Part shown: positions 30,600 to 41,848 of the stretch, piece after piece
How positions within the stretch are numbered: position 1 is the first letter of the stretch
How the letters are laid out: every line of letters starts with the position of its first letter
Assembly: GCA_964291215.2 (NCBI GenBank)
Contig: OZ219791.1
Coordinates: 3,104,001-3,168,000 of the forward strand
DNA from: Alphaproteobacteria bacterium
Lineage (GTDB): Bacteria > Pseudomonadota > Alphaproteobacteria > MPNO01 > UBA830
DNA length: 64,000 bases
Direction of reading: 5' to 3'
The notes under the pieces: generated by a model
Seen by the model: the letters and a program-made list of their open reading frames with translations, nothing else
Database searches by the model: none
Told to the model about the DNA's origin: nothing
Made by a program: the position numbers and the translations under genes

Positions 30600-33500
30600 G
30601 ATTACGCAACCTGATGTCTGGAAATTGTCGTGAAGCTCTCAGTCATCGAGCTGTTCCCATTTGATGTATGCCTTGGTTTCGGTTTCCCATTTTTCGTCGA
30701 TGAGGACCGCGGTTGAGAGGCGCTCCAACGAGGCGAGGTTCGGAAAGACCCTGACTTTGGAGGTGCGCCGCTTGAGCTCTTGCTGGATCGGTCGCTCGAT
30801 GCCGTTCGAGGTTCGCATACGTTTGCGGTGAGCATCGGGCAAGGTGAAGACAGCGAGCCCCGCATTCTTTTCCAGCCAGTCTGCGAAGCTTGGATGCTTG
30901 TCGCGATAGCTGGCCACGAGGGCGCCCAGTTCAGCCTCGGCGGTTTGGAGTGAGGACGCATGGCTCCGAGCTGTTTTCCAATACGTTTCCTGATGTCGTT
31001 GTTCGGTGCACGGCGTTTTGCGCCAGGTGGAACTGGCAGCGCTGCCATGTCGCCGCGCCCAGCACCGCGCGTCGTGCTGCTTTCAGCCCAGCATGGTCAT
31101 CCGAGACGATGAAGGTCGTACCATGCAGGGCTAGCAAGCTTTCCAGGAAGGCTCTCCAATGGACCTCGGTCTCGGAGAGCGCCACAGAGAGCCCCAGAAC
31201 GTGCCTGCAGCCCCTATTCCGATGGCCGAGAGTACTGCGACATCGCGCACAACGCCGTCATGGCGGGCTTTTTCATAGCGCGCATCCAGGTATTTCATCA
31301 GGGGCCGGTTGCGCGGCGAGTTCTTCATCGAGCAACCTGGTGGCCCCCTGAGAAGAGGACAGGCTCCCGAACTCGCGCATTACATCCTGCCGCGTGGAAA
31401 CACCCTTGATGTACATCTCGGCTACGGCGCGAGAAGATCGCTGGCCGCGTTCAAGCGACTGGGGGATCGTCCCCGTGACCGTTTGGCACCTGAACGGCAA
31501 CAGGGGGGTGTCGATCCGTTTGTAGCCGTTGGCATAGCCCTGTCGCTCCGGTGTCCGTTCGTAGTGGCCCGCTTTCAAGTACTGCTCGCGCTCGATTTGC
31601 ATCGCAAGCTCGAAGAGCTGACCAAAGACCCGCCCCAGATCCGTTGCTCCGTTTGCGATCAGATGTTCCAAAACGGCCTCAATCGTCGTAGTGTGTCGCA
31701 GCTCCATTCGCTTCCTCCATGAATGTTTTTCAACTCCATGGGATAGCACGATGGCGCCGCGTTTCACTGGGGGGCTAGCCCTCGCATGTCACGGAAATTT
31801 TAGCTGAACAACGGTGTTTCGGCGTGGCATAAGTGTCCCATGTCACAGTCTCAGATCAGCCGCACATTGCGGGACGAGGCAGCAGTTGCGCGGATCGCGT
31901 CGCTGCTGTCCTGTGAGCAGTTCGACAGCCGGTCGGCTCTGGGTCGTCTGCGAGGAGTTTGCCTTTGTCGACGCGCGCGGCCGTCTGCAGCTTGCCGGCT
32001 GCATGAAGGCGCTGAGGGCGCCCGGAGATTGTCCTGCCGGCGCCGAAGTCACCGACAATCGACCGCCGGCCTCGCCTGTTGGTATCGCTGCAGAGGTTCC
32101 GGCGCGCGCATTCGGGATCATCGTGGTCGGGGATCGTATTGACCGAGCGGTCACGCTGATTGCGCGTGAACACCCGCGACGACCTTCGCCGGCTGCCAAT
32201 ATCTCGTGGGCTCGGCGCACGGGTGGCGCAGCGGGGTTTGCCGCCGCCGCGCGGCGCGGGACCGCTGGATGGAACGACGGGCAGCGCCGGAACCACCTGC
32301 AGCGGATCGTCTGTCTGAGCCGTTTCTTGATCAGGTGCTCTGCCCGCATCTAGCCAGCCATGTGCGCATCCTGCGCCGCGTGACTTCGAGGACCGTTTCG
32401 ACCATGGCTCAGTTTTGCCGATGAAGGTTACCCTGCCTGCGCGCGGCCAACTTCCTGTGCAGGACCGAAGGCCGGCAGGATCGGGAGCACTGGGAGACGG
32501 TGAAGACGGTCTTCGTGGCCGAACTGGAGCGCGCAGGAAGCTGGGGAGGTCGATCATGCGCCCTCGCCGGGCGAAGGTCTGAACGACTGGGCGCAGAACG
32601 AGTTTGGAGGGGGGTGACAAGCGACTTTCTGCGCGCCTGGAGCGCCGGCCTTCTGGCGGCCGGTCAGAAGATCAATGCGTCTCCCAGCGCCGACAACACC
32701 GCGATCAATGCGTTTTACCGGATGGTCGCCCTCGGAGATCACGCCGGCGAACATTCTTGCGCCGCACCGTGAGCGCAGCATCCGGCGCATCCGTGGCCAG
32801 AAGACGGTTCTTGCGGCACGGACCTGAACTTCTCCCGGCTGCGACGGCCTGCAGGTGATCGGGACGAACCAGACCGGGGCCTCAAGCCTGCACCTGCACG
32901 CGACCCTGGCGGTGACTGACGCCGGCCTGCCACTCGGGGTGCTGGGTCCGGTGAAGCCCCGGTCGCAGGAGACACGCCGCAGCGCTGGCTCGAGGGGTTC
33001 AAGGCGCTGCCACCCCGGCGGCAAGACGCGCGTCATCTCCGTCGGGAAGCCGACATCTTCGAGCTGTTCGACACGCGCTTGCCCCGCGTCGATCTGCGCG
33101 CCAAGCATGACAGGGTGCTGAAGGAGGGAAGGCTGTTCGCCGTCATGGCCGGCGGCCTGATTGAGATCGAGGGACTGACGGAGCAAGCCAGCCGGAAGAA
33201 GGCCCGCGCGACAGAAGCGCCTGGCGAGTTGCGGTCCGTCACGCTGCCCGTGACGGGCACCGCCCCCAGCGCGAAGCCGGTGTCCCTGCACGGGGTCAGG
33301 GAGCGCCCGAGGGTGAGGATCCCGGTGCCTGCTGACCACCGTGCGGGTTGGCGAAGGAGGCGGCCGACATCGTCGGCTTCTACCTTCAGCGCTGGCGAAT
33401 CGAGGATTACGTGCTCAAATCCGGATGCAGGGTGGAACACCTGCTGTTCCGCACCGCCTGCAGCGGGCGATCAACGCCGTCATCGCATGGCGCATCATGG

Positions 33501-33874
33501 TCATGACCCTGCTCGGCCGCCAGGTGCGAGCCGCAGCTGATGTTCACCGACAGCGAACTCGCCTTCCTGCGCGACTACGCACACAAGTACGCCCTGAAGG
33601 AACCGGAGCGTCTCGCCGATGCGGTGCACCTGGTCGCCCATCTCGGCGGCTACCGCAGCACGCCCGGGTCACCAGATCATGTGGCCAGACACACCAGCGC
33701 CGCACTGGGTCACCAAATCGGCCGGGAAATCGGGTTCCGGGATGGACAAAGACACGCGTGAACACGTAAACCATTGTCAACCAGATTTGTCATGACACGG
33801 CAGGGCTAGCCCCCCAGTGAAACGCCTCAAAGCGCAAACCTCAGACAAATTTCCAGACATCAAGTTACAGTACC
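30600..33874 (-). mobile_element. IS256-family element (decayed), interrupted by an IS4 element
   Basis: IRs GATTACGCAACCTGATGTCTGGAAATTGTC / GGTACTGTAACTTGATGTCTGGAAATTTGTC. Transposase motifs EMYIKGVSTR, LDARYEK, SDDHAGL...WQRCQFH and RTSNGIER. Confidence 0.9.
31779..33805 (+). mobile_element. IS4-family (IS50/Tn5-like) element with N-terminal DUF4338-like domain, decayed; CTAG target duplication
   Basis: CTAG at 31775-78 and 33806-09. TIR CCCTCGCATGTCA / CCCTGCCGTGTCA. Motifs WNDGQRRNHLQRIVCLSRFLI, GDKRLSARL, LHLHATLAVT, INAVIAWR and VAHLGGY. Confidence 0.85.
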
Positions 33875-33903
33875 GAATCGAGAGGGGCAGAGGGGAAAAG
33901 TTT

Positions 33904-33970
33904 GTGCAACACCCGGCCCTCATCGCAGTGAGGTCGTAGCCCGAACGGAGATGAGGGCCGGGTGTTGCAC
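33904..33970. repeat. Perfect 21-bp inverted repeat, probably the 5' region of another IS256-like remnant
   Basis: GTGCAACACCCGGCCCTCATC ... GATGAGGGCCGGGTGTTGCAC. Confidence 0.75.
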
Positions 33971-33987
33971 TTCAGACTGGAAGTGGG

Positions 33988-34322
33988 GCTCCAAACCGCC
34001 GAGGCCGAACTGGGCGCCCTCGTGGCCAGCGACAAGCATCCAGGCTTCCTGGCTGGAAAACAATGCGGGGCTCGCTGTCTTCACCTTGCCCGATGCTCAC
34101 CACAAGCGTATGCGAACCTCGAACGGCATCGAGCGACCGATCCAGCAAGAGCTCAAGCGGCGCACCTCCAAAGTCAGGGTCTTTCCGAACCTCGCCTCGT
34201 TGGAGCGCCTCTCAACCGCGGTCCTCATCGACGAAAAATGGGAAACCGAAACCAAGATCAAATGGGAACAGCTCGATGACTGACAGCTTCACGACAATTT
34301 CCAGACATCAGGTTGCGTAATC
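33988..34322 (+). mobile_element. Second IS256 3' fragment (inverted copy of 30600-30955)
   Basis: Near-identical RTSNGIERPIQQELKRRTSKVRVFPN and the same terminal IR. Confidence 0.9.
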
Positions 34323-34828
34323 GCTCGGTTCACCTGCGCATGGTCGACTCCTCGTCGGTGCGCGTTCACAAGCACGGTGCCGGGGCGTCCCGGGACGACG
34401 AGCCTTCGCAGATCGGACTGAGCCGTGGCGGACGAACGACGAAGGTCCATCTTGGCGAGAACGAGAGGGTGAAGACCGTGTTCCTGACCCCGGGCCAAGC
34501 GGCCGACTGCGCGCAGGCGGAGGCGCTTCTCGCCGACCTCAAGCATGGCGAGACGGTGGTCGGCGACAAGGCCTACGACACCGACGCCATCTGATCGAGA
34601 CGGCAGGAGCAACCGCAGTCATGAAATCCAACCGGACATCGCCACGGCCGCTCGACCGCGAGATCTACAGGATGCGCAACCTGGTCGAGCGGTTCTTCGG
34701 CAAGATCAAGGAGTTCCGACGAGTCGCCACCCGTTATGACAAGGAACTTCCTCTCCGCCGTGCAAGTGGCTGCCAGCCGATTCTTGCTCCGCAGAATCGC
34801 AAACCAATTATTTGAGTCCACAACCTAG
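34323..34828 (+). mobile_element. IS5-family transposase 3' remnant
   Basis: VDSSSVRVHKHGAGA, GLSRGGRTTKVH, GDKAYD and RNLVERFFGKIKEFRRVATRYDK. Ends at CTAG. Confidence 0.85.
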
Positions 34829-34843
34829 GCGATGCCCACTGCA

Positions 34844-36034
34844 TCAGCGATATCGCTCACCCTGCTCTTCGCAGTGAGATCTCACCTGTTCGACCCAGCA
34901 GTCGTACCAAACCCACGTGTTCCGATAATCGCCCTCACGGCCAAAACCATTACCTGGATTCTTTGCGTCCAATTCCTTCCACAGGCGCGTGTGACCGTGC
35001 TGGTTGAAACGCGGAAAGCCATTTTGGTTCATCAACCGCACTACTTCAGTCGTTGTGAAACGGTTCCTTTCGACTTCCTTTAGTAGGATGCGATTAATCT
35101 CAGCCGCGTCTTCCGAATCAGATTTTACGAACTGGACGGCGGAGTCTGCCGCTGATGCGCGCTGTTTCACTACGGGTACGAACGCTACGCGGTACCTATA
35201 GGCGGGATCGCGGTATTGTTCATCGGTGAGCATGTCCTCAAAGGTGTTAATTGCAGCCTCGATATAACCAGGAAGCCCGGACGCCTTTTTGAGAACGGAC
35301 CTCTGATCAGCGCCGAACGTGACGAATTGCAGCGCTATCGGTAAACGTCGTTCGAGGCCATATTGCGATCCGAACCATGTCTTGATCGCATTATTGAAGT
35401 TGATACAGCATGCCTGAAGCTTGGCGCTCAACGCATCGTCTATTCGGCTAGTTGCGCGATGCTCGATCTCATGGCGAAGCTTCAGCAAAAATTCGAGGTT
35501 ATTGGTCGCGCCAATCGATACCGGCGATTTCACTTGTCTTAGGCAGGCGCCAAGGTCAAGGTATTTGTCAGCTCCTTCACGAGTTTTCTGCACTTCGCCG
35601 TTGACAATATGGCGATACTCGATCCCTTCGCGTTTGAACCAGGCGTGCAAGAGGTACGACCATGCGATGATCGCAGTAACGATGAAGAGTTCCGCACGGA
35701 AGGTGAGACCAGCCCCGTTAAAAGTATGCACAGCGGCGATCATCGCTTCGCGCGCCTTCACGAGCAGTTCATCGCCGGTTAAGCTTAGACCCGTCTCGGG
35801 ATCGAGATTTGGCCATGACGCCAGAAAGTCATCGAGGTTGTCGCTCGACGCAGGCGGCACCGCGCGGTGCTTGTGCCCTTTGCGGATTTCGAGAATGCGT
35901 GCGTGGTTAATTGATCGTGTGGGTCTCGTGAAATACGCTTGGATACCTTGATCATTGTATCCGCCGCGCGCGAGCATCGCTTTTACTATCGCGATCTCCC
36001 AACGTTCAAGTCGGTTACCTCTTTTTCCTGCCAT
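34844..36034 (-). CDS. DUF3644-like protein with HEPN-type RxxxxH motif (putative defence RNase)
   Basis: KAREAMIAAV..FN...RAELFIV..IIAWSYLLHA and LRHEIEH. Lower GC than flanks. Confidence 0.75.
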   Translation of the reverse strand: MAGKRGNRLERWEIAIVKAMLARGGYNDQGIQAYFTRPTRSINHARILEIRKGHKHRAVPPASSDNLDDFLASWPNLDPETGLSLTGDELLVKAREAMIAAVHTFNGAGLTFRAELFIVTAIIAWSYLLHAWFKREGIEYRHIVNGEVQKTREGADKYLDLGACLRQVKSPVSIGATNNLEFLLKLRHEIEHRATSRIDDALSAKLQACCINFNNAIKTWFGSQYGLERRLPIALQFVTFGADQRSVLKKASGLPGYIEAAINTFEDMLTDEQYRDPAYRYRVAFVPVVKQRASAADSAVQFVKSDSEDAAEINRILLKEVERNRFTTTEVVRLMNQNGFPRFNQHGHTRLWKELDAKNPGNGFGREGDYRNTWVWYDCWVEQVRSHCEEQGERYR

Positions 36035-36066
36035 AACTTGACTCGACGGTTTCGCTCGTCATCGGT

Positions 36067-36618
36067 GGGAATGTTCCGCTCTGTGTTGAAATTCGCCTGA
36101 GCGGCGCTGCGTGATGGAAGGTTATGCTGCGTCCTTGATCTGGTCAAGCGGGCGGTTCTTGCGATGCGCAATCAGGGCCTTCTTGAGCAGAGGCATTTGC
36201 TTGTATGCGTTGATGGGCCGGAACCCTTTCCTGGCTTCGAGCATTCCAGCGGCGGTCCAGCGCAAGGCCATTTTGGCGTTCCTCCATCGCTTCACGTTCC
36301 GGCAGACCTGGCGGATGACGCTGTTCATCGATTCGATGATATTGGTGCTGGCCAGTGATCGCCGCAGTTCAAGCGGCAGCCTGACAAGGGTCAGGATTTC
36401 ATCAAGACCTTCCAGGATCGAGCGCGAGACATCGGGAGCCTCCTGCTCAAAGCGCCGCGCGAGATTGCGCATCAGGCGTTCGGCCTTGTCGGCATCGTCT
36501 ATCTTCAAAGGCCTGCTTCAGGGCGCGGCGGACAGCGGCATGGTGCCGGGGAGCGAGGCGGTGTTGCGCGCCTTCTGACAGCGCTGGATTGGAATGTCCG
36601 CCCCGAAGGTCCGCTCGA
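36067..36618 (-). mobile_element. IS256-family 3' remnant (different subtype)
   Basis: RRSLASTNIIESMNSVIRQVCRNVKRW...MALRWTAAGMLEA. Confidence 0.85.
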
Positions 36619-38376
36619 TCATGGCTCGTTGAAAGAGCCCGGGGCATCTATCTGTACAGTCACGATGTCGAGCCCGTGATACTGCTGGTGGCTGACCGTG
36701 GACGCAAGATGCCTCAACAGGCGAAGGGAGACTTCGCGCTCCACCGGCGCGCCTGTCGTCGGCTCGCCGAGCAGGGCGATCCGATCCTGAAGGTTCTCTT
36801 CACTGGTCGAGGCGATGAACTCAAGGATCGCGCCGCCATCTTCCTTTCGCGCGATGATCTGAAAATGCCGCGCATCCTGTTCGGAGCGGGCGTCTTCCTC
36901 TCCGAGGAGGGTCAGCAGCGTTTCCTCGCTGGCCGCATCAATGCGGCCCGTCATTTCGGGATCCCAGCCGTGGCGGGCAGAGAAATCGTTCAGGAACATC
37001 CGGATTTCCGGCAGGGCGGAGAGATCGAATTTCGTCCTGAGCCGGCGCGGGCGGGATTCGGTCAGCTCCACGGCGAGCGTGAGGAAGATGGCGACGAGAC
37101 CGCCGGCCGTCATGCCGTTCTGCAGCAGGCCGCCGATGAGACCCGAGAAATATTCGGGGAAGATCGCCCCGCTCTGGAAACCGACGCCGATCCAGAAGGA
37201 AACGCCCGCGATAAGGCTCTTGCGGTGGTCGGCGCCATCTTGGACGATGATTTTCAGCCCGACCATGAAGAGCATGGCCAGCAACACGGTGGCATAGGCC
37301 CCCACGACCGGGTCTGGAACCGCCAGGACCAGCGCGAGCATCTTGGGCAGAAACGCCAGCACGACGAATATCACGCCGATGACGACCCCGATTCTGCGCG
37401 CTGCCACGCCTGTCAGTTCAGTTACCGAAATGCTGGTTGAATAGGTCGTGTTCGGCACCGTTCCGGCGAGGCCGGATAGGAGATTGCCAGTGCCATCCGC
37501 GGCGACGGCCCCTTGCACTGACCGGTAGTCCACAGCGCGTGGGCGGCGCCAGGACACGCGCTGTATGGCGACCGAATCGCCGATGGTCTCGATTGCACCG
37601 ATGAGGGTGACGAACACGAAGGCGGGCAGGAGGGTCCAGAAAACCGGTCCGAAGCTCAGGTCGAAGCCGGGCCAATCCCCGTGCGGAAGGCCGATCCAGG
37701 AGGCTCGCGCTATGCGGTCGACATCGTACAGTCCGAAGAAACCCGCGACAACGGAACCCGCGACAACGCCGATGACTGGCGCCCAGAGGCGCAGGCTGCC
37801 CCTTGCCCTCAGCGCTATTCCGAGCATGACGAGCACCGTGACAAGTGCGCTCACCGGGGCGCCCGTCGCGGCCACACCCTCCGGGGACTGGCCCAGCATC
37901 TTGAAGATGATCGGCATCACCGTGACCGGTATCAGCATGAGCACGGTACCGGCGACGGTCGGAGTCAGGATGCGCCGGAACAGCGAGAGGCGTCCCGCAA
38001 GGGCGAACTGGAACAGTGACGAGATGACGACAAGGGTCGCCAGCATCGCGGGTCCGCCCTTGGCGAGCGCTGTCACACAGACGGCTATGAAGGCGCCCGA
38101 CGTCCCCATGAGCAGCACGTATCCCGCGCCGATGCGCCCGACGCGCACCGCTTGCACAATCGTGGTGGCGCCGCTGATCGCGACTGCCGCAAACACCGCC
38201 CAGGACATGTAGGCCTCGTCTCCGCCGGAGGCACGGACCACGATCGCTGGCGTTAGCACGATTCCTGCTATGCAGAGGATGGCAAGTTGAAGACCAAGCC
38301 CGAAACTGAGCGCGGCAGGCGGCTTCTCGTTGGCCTCGTAGCGGATGTGGTGCTGGATCGACGGCTGATTGGTCAT
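36619..38376 (-). CDS. NCS2 (xanthine/uracil) permease with extra ~140-aa soluble C-terminal domain
   Basis: GLQLA, MGTSGAFI, TPTVAGTV, IETIGD and PNTTYS motifs. C-terminal AASEETLL...REVSLRLLRHLASTVSHQQYHG. Confidence 0.85.
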   Translation of the reverse strand: MTNQPSIQHHIRYEANEKPPAALSFGLGLQLAILCIAGIVLTPAIVVRASGGDEAYMSWAVFAAVAISGATTIVQAVRVGRIGAGYVLLMGTSGAFIAVCVTALAKGGPAMLATLVVISSLFQFALAGRLSLFRRILTPTVAGTVLMLIPVTVMPIIFKMLGQSPEGVAATGAPVSALVTVLVMLGIALRARGSLRLWAPVIGVVAGSVVAGFFGLYDVDRIARASWIGLPHGDWPGFDLSFGPVFWTLLPAFVFVTLIGAIETIGDSVAIQRVSWRRPRAVDYRSVQGAVAADGTGNLLSGLAGTVPNTTYSTSISVTELTGVAARRIGVVIGVIFVVLAFLPKMLALVLAVPDPVVGAYATVLLAMLFMVGLKIIVQDGADHRKSLIAGVSFWIGVGFQSGAIFPEYFSGLIGGLLQNGMTAGGLVAIFLTLAVELTESRPRRLRTKFDLSALPEIRMFLNDFSARHGWDPEMTGRIDAASEETLLTLLGEEDARSEQDARHFQIIARKEDGGAILEFIASTSEENLQDRIALLGEPTTGAPVEREVSLRLLRHLASTVSHQQYHGLDIVTVQIDAPGSFNEP

Positions 38377-38642
38377 GTTGACGCGCTCCTTGGTCGACTA
38401 CGGATTGGCCGGTCGCCGTGCGGCCGGGAAACTCCAGATTTTCGCTTGGCCATCGTTCAGTTGCGCCTCGACGCGGTTTCCCGGTGTCGGGAAAAGATGG
38501 TCACGCGACTTCGCGGTTCGCATTGCCGGCACCCGCCGTGCGAAACCGTACGCTTGGAACTGCCGAGCTCGTCCCATCGTCCGGGCGCCGGTAGCGGCAC
38601 TTCCGGTAAGCTGTTCCCGGCGTCCCGAAGGCGCGGGGGGTA

Positions 38643-39220
38643 TCAGGTGCTCACCGTGAACGGTATCAGCTTGATGCCCCGGTGGTTCATGTTAGTCGTG
38701 CCATCAGGAAAGAACATGTCCTGCCCGTAACCGCCGGGCCTTTCTGTTCGTACGGTGATCGCGACCGACCGCTCTCCGTTGTTCGATTCCGCGTGAATCT
38801 GCCAAGGCCTTGCCAGGTCGACGTGCCCCGTTGGTGCTTGGTAACGGCTCGAAATCTCGATCGTTGCCCGTCCCGGCTCCTTGCCGCCGTCTGTGCGGAT
38901 GGTACAGGGTCGTGATCTCGGTCCCGTCAAGAACGCCATAGGCGGTCCAGGTATGTGCGTGATCGTGCGGCAGCGCTTCGTGCCGGCCTGACGAGGCCCC
39001 CGACAAAGAAGCCGTAATCGGGGTCGTGATGGAGAAGGAGCTCTTCGCCCCGGCCGCCCGGCCAGCTGCGGCTGGCAAAACGCAGCTTGCCCTGATCGAT
39101 AAATATGCCCAACCGGTCCTTCACAGGGAGCCAGTGGTCTTCTTCATCCAGCCCCTCGCCCCAGAGCGTGTGGAGATCGTCGATGAATGCCTCGAACGCA
39201 GGATGGGCAGGTTCGTTCAT
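38643..39220 (-). pseudogene. Cysteine-dioxygenase-like cupin, two frameshifts
   Basis: LLHHDPDYGF, PHDHAHTWTAYGVLDG.E and PWQIHAE lie in three successive frames. Confidence 0.7.
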
Positions 39221-39587
39221 TTGCATCCTTTTCGGTCGCATCGGTCAGATCGTCTTTGTCGCCCGCGTTTGCAGCAGGTGCCGGAACTTGATTCGCGGTT
39301 GGTGGATATCGCGGTCGATCGCCGCCCGGACACGTTATTTCGATGAGGATACGCAGTCTGAACACCCTTGACAAGCGGGAAAGGAATACCGGTACGAGCT
39401 CCTCGTTTCAACAGAATAGAAAATATATTTCAAATGTTTGTATCATTTATCTCATTAATAAAAGTAACTACTTGTCCCTTCTTATCATGGATCGCCCTTC
39501 CTGACGGTGTTCGGATCAGGCCTCTTCTGTTGCCATGTTCACTCGCTCGCTGCCGGTGACCGGCGGGCGTCCATCTGGCGCGGGGGT

Positions 39588-40730
39588 TCAGTTCCAGAGC
39601 TCGCCGGTCGCGATCTCGGCGCCGGCGATCAGCGCTTCGAGCTTGGCGAACGCGATTTCGGCGTCGACGGCTCCGAAGCCGGCGAAGGTCGCAAAACCGC
39701 AGTCAGTCCCGGCAATCACACGCTCGCGCCCGACAATGTCCGTGAACACGCGGATGCGGTCGGCGACGAGACGCGGATGCTCGACATAGTTCGTCGTGCT
39801 GTCGATCACGCCCGGGATCAGGATCAGATCATCGGGCAGGCGAGCGTCCCGCCACGCCCGCCATTCATGGGCGTGACGCGGATTGGATGTTTCGAACAGA
39901 AGCGCCTGGGCTTTTGCCGTGACGAGAAGTGGCAGGATCTTCTCCATCGCCAAGTCATGAGTGTGCGGCCCCTCGTAGTTGCCCCAGCAGATATGCAGGC
40001 GAATCCGTTCGCGGGGCACATCCGCGAGCGCTGCATTCAGGAGTTCGATGTGAAGTGCGGAAACCCTTAGGAAATCCTCCTCCGGGCGGTCCGAAAACAG
40101 GACATGGCGGCCGAGCGCTAGATCCGGCGCATCAATCTGCAAGACGAGTCCGGCGGCCGTGATCGCCTCGTATTCGGCTTTCATGGCGTCGGCCAGGTCC
40201 GCAACATACGCCTCGTGGTTCGAATGATAGCTTGACGGCTGGAACTGGGCGATGACGCCCGGCGATGCGGCGTTCATGAAGCCGTGCGTGTAGCCGGCCG
40301 CGCCGAGTGCGCCGCGGAAGCGCGTCACATCGTTCTCCAGCGGTTGCAGATTCTTGACGGCGACCGGGCCCACGCAACAGGGGCGGCGGTAGGTCGGCGT
40401 GCCGCCGCTCTGGCCCAGCCGCGCCATGTAGGACGGGTAGTCGGCCAGATCCGCGGGCGGGCGACGAGGGCTGTCGCCCTCGAAACCGCTCAGCCGGTCC
40501 TTGATGTAGGTGGCGTAGGAAATCTTGCTGAACTCGCCGTCGGACGGAATGTCTATCCCGATGCTGCGCTGCCGCACCACCACGTCCCGCACGGCGGCAT
40601 CGACCGTAGCGGTAAAGTCCGCGTCCGCCACCGTTTCTCCCTTCTCGCGGGCAAACAGGAGGTCGGCGACTTCGGCCGGCCGCGGCAGGCTCCCGACATG
40701 GGTGGTCTGTATGTGATCGGTATTGAACAC
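39588..40730 (-). CDS. Cobalamin-independent methionine synthase II family (MetE C-terminal-like Zn enzyme)
   Basis: TTHVGSLPRP, SDGEF, LQIDAPD, HICWGNYEGPH and AGTDCGF. GTG start after GAAGGAG. Confidence 0.9.
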   Translation of the reverse strand: MFNTDHIQTTHVGSLPRPAEVADLLFAREKGETVADADFTATVDAAVRDVVVRQRSIGIDIPSDGEFSKISYATYIKDRLSGFEGDSPRRPPADLADYPSYMARLGQSGGTPTYRRPCCVGPVAVKNLQPLENDVTRFRGALGAAGYTHGFMNAASPGVIAQFQPSSYHSNHEAYVADLADAMKAEYEAITAAGLVLQIDAPDLALGRHVLFSDRPEEDFLRVSALHIELLNAALADVPRERIRLHICWGNYEGPHTHDLAMEKILPLLVTAKAQALLFETSNPRHAHEWRAWRDARLPDDLILIPGVIDSTTNYVEHPRLVADRIRVFTDIVGRERVIAGTDCGFATFAGFGAVDAEIAFAKLEALIAGAEIATGELWN

Positions 40731-40789
40731 GCTCGTTCTCCTTCGTCGATGAACGGGCCGAGCCGGCCCCCGTCGCCGCAGGATGCGGC

Positions 40790-41848
40790 TTAGTTGCGCG
40801 CCAGCCGCTGCTGCGTATCGGCGTCGAAGAGATGCGCATGCGAGATGTCGACGCACACGCCGACGGTCTCCCCGATGTTCTTGCGCAGGTGCCGGGGTCC
40901 CCGCGCCGAGACCAGTTGTCCGCCGACGGTCACGGTGACGAGAACCGCGTCGCCAGTCAGTTCCATGGTGTAAACGGGGGCATCGAAGTCGCCCGCTCCC
41001 GCTTCGACGACGGCAAGGTCCTCGGGTCGGACCCCGAGCACCACGCCGCTGCGGGTACCGCCGCCGACGTCCGGTACAGAGACGCCTTCGGCGACGAAGT
41101 CGCCAGCATCGGTTGCGCCCCTGATCAGGTTCATCGGCGGCGAGCCTATGAATCCTGCGACGAACAGGTTGGCGGGATTGTCGTAGATCTCCTCCGGGGT
41201 CGCGAGCTGCTGGATGATGCCAAGATTCATCACCGCTACGCGGTCGGCGAGGGTCATCGCCTCGATCTGGTCGTGGGTGACGTAGATCGTGGTCGTCGCC
41301 AGTTCGTGCTGCAGATGCTTGAGCTCGGCGCGTGTCGACACCCGGAGTTTCGCGTCGAGGTTCGAAAGCGGCTCGTCCATCAGGAATACTCGTGGTTCCC
41401 GCACGATGGCGCGGGCCAGCGCCACGCGCTGGCGTTGGCCGCCGGACAGCTGCCGGGGCTTGCGGTCGAGAAGTTCGCCGAGCTGGACGCGCGATGCTGC
41501 GAGATTGATGCGTTCGTCCCAGTCGTCCTTCGGGATCCTGCGCACCTTGAGCGGGTAGGCGATGTTCTCGCGCACCGACATGTGCGGATAGAGCCCGTAG
41601 TTCTGGAACACCATCGCCACGTCGCGATCCTTGGGCAGATCGTCATTGACCATGCGATCGCCAATCCAGATCTCGCCCTCGGTCGGATCCTCGAGCCCGG
41701 CGATCATGCGCATCGTCGTGGTCTTGCCGCATCCCGACGGCCCCAGCAACACGAGGAATTCGCGGTCGCGAATCTCGAGCGACTGGTTGTCGACGCCGAC
41801 CACATCGCCCCATCGCTTGGTGACATTCTTCAGCGAGACGTTTGCCAT
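40790..41848 (-). CDS. Sugar-type (CUT1) ABC ATP-binding protein
   Basis: GPSGCGKTT, VFQNYGLYPH, LSGGQRQR and DEPLSNLD. Confidence 0.95.
   Translation of the reverse strand: MANVSLKNVTKRWGDVVGVDNQSLEIRDREFLVLLGPSGCGKTTTMRMIAGLEDPTEGEIWIGDRMVNDDLPKDRDVAMVFQNYGLYPHMSVRENIAYPLKVRRIPKDDWDERINLAASRVQLGELLDRKPRQLSGGQRQRVALARAIVREPRVFLMDEPLSNLDAKLRVSTRAELKHLQHELATTTIYVTHDQIEAMTLADRVAVMNLGIIQQLATPEEIYDNPANLFVAGFIGSPPMNLIRGATDAGDFVAEGVSVPDVGGGTRSGVVLGVRPEDLAVVEAGAGDFDAPVYTMELTGDAVLVTVTVGGQLVSARGPRHLRKNIGETVGVCVDISHAHLFDADTQQRLARN

Noticed and set aside
39588-40730. Calling this gene metE
   Set aside because: Half-length protein without the N-terminal folate-binding barrel and in a catabolic context. 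Only the family is supported.
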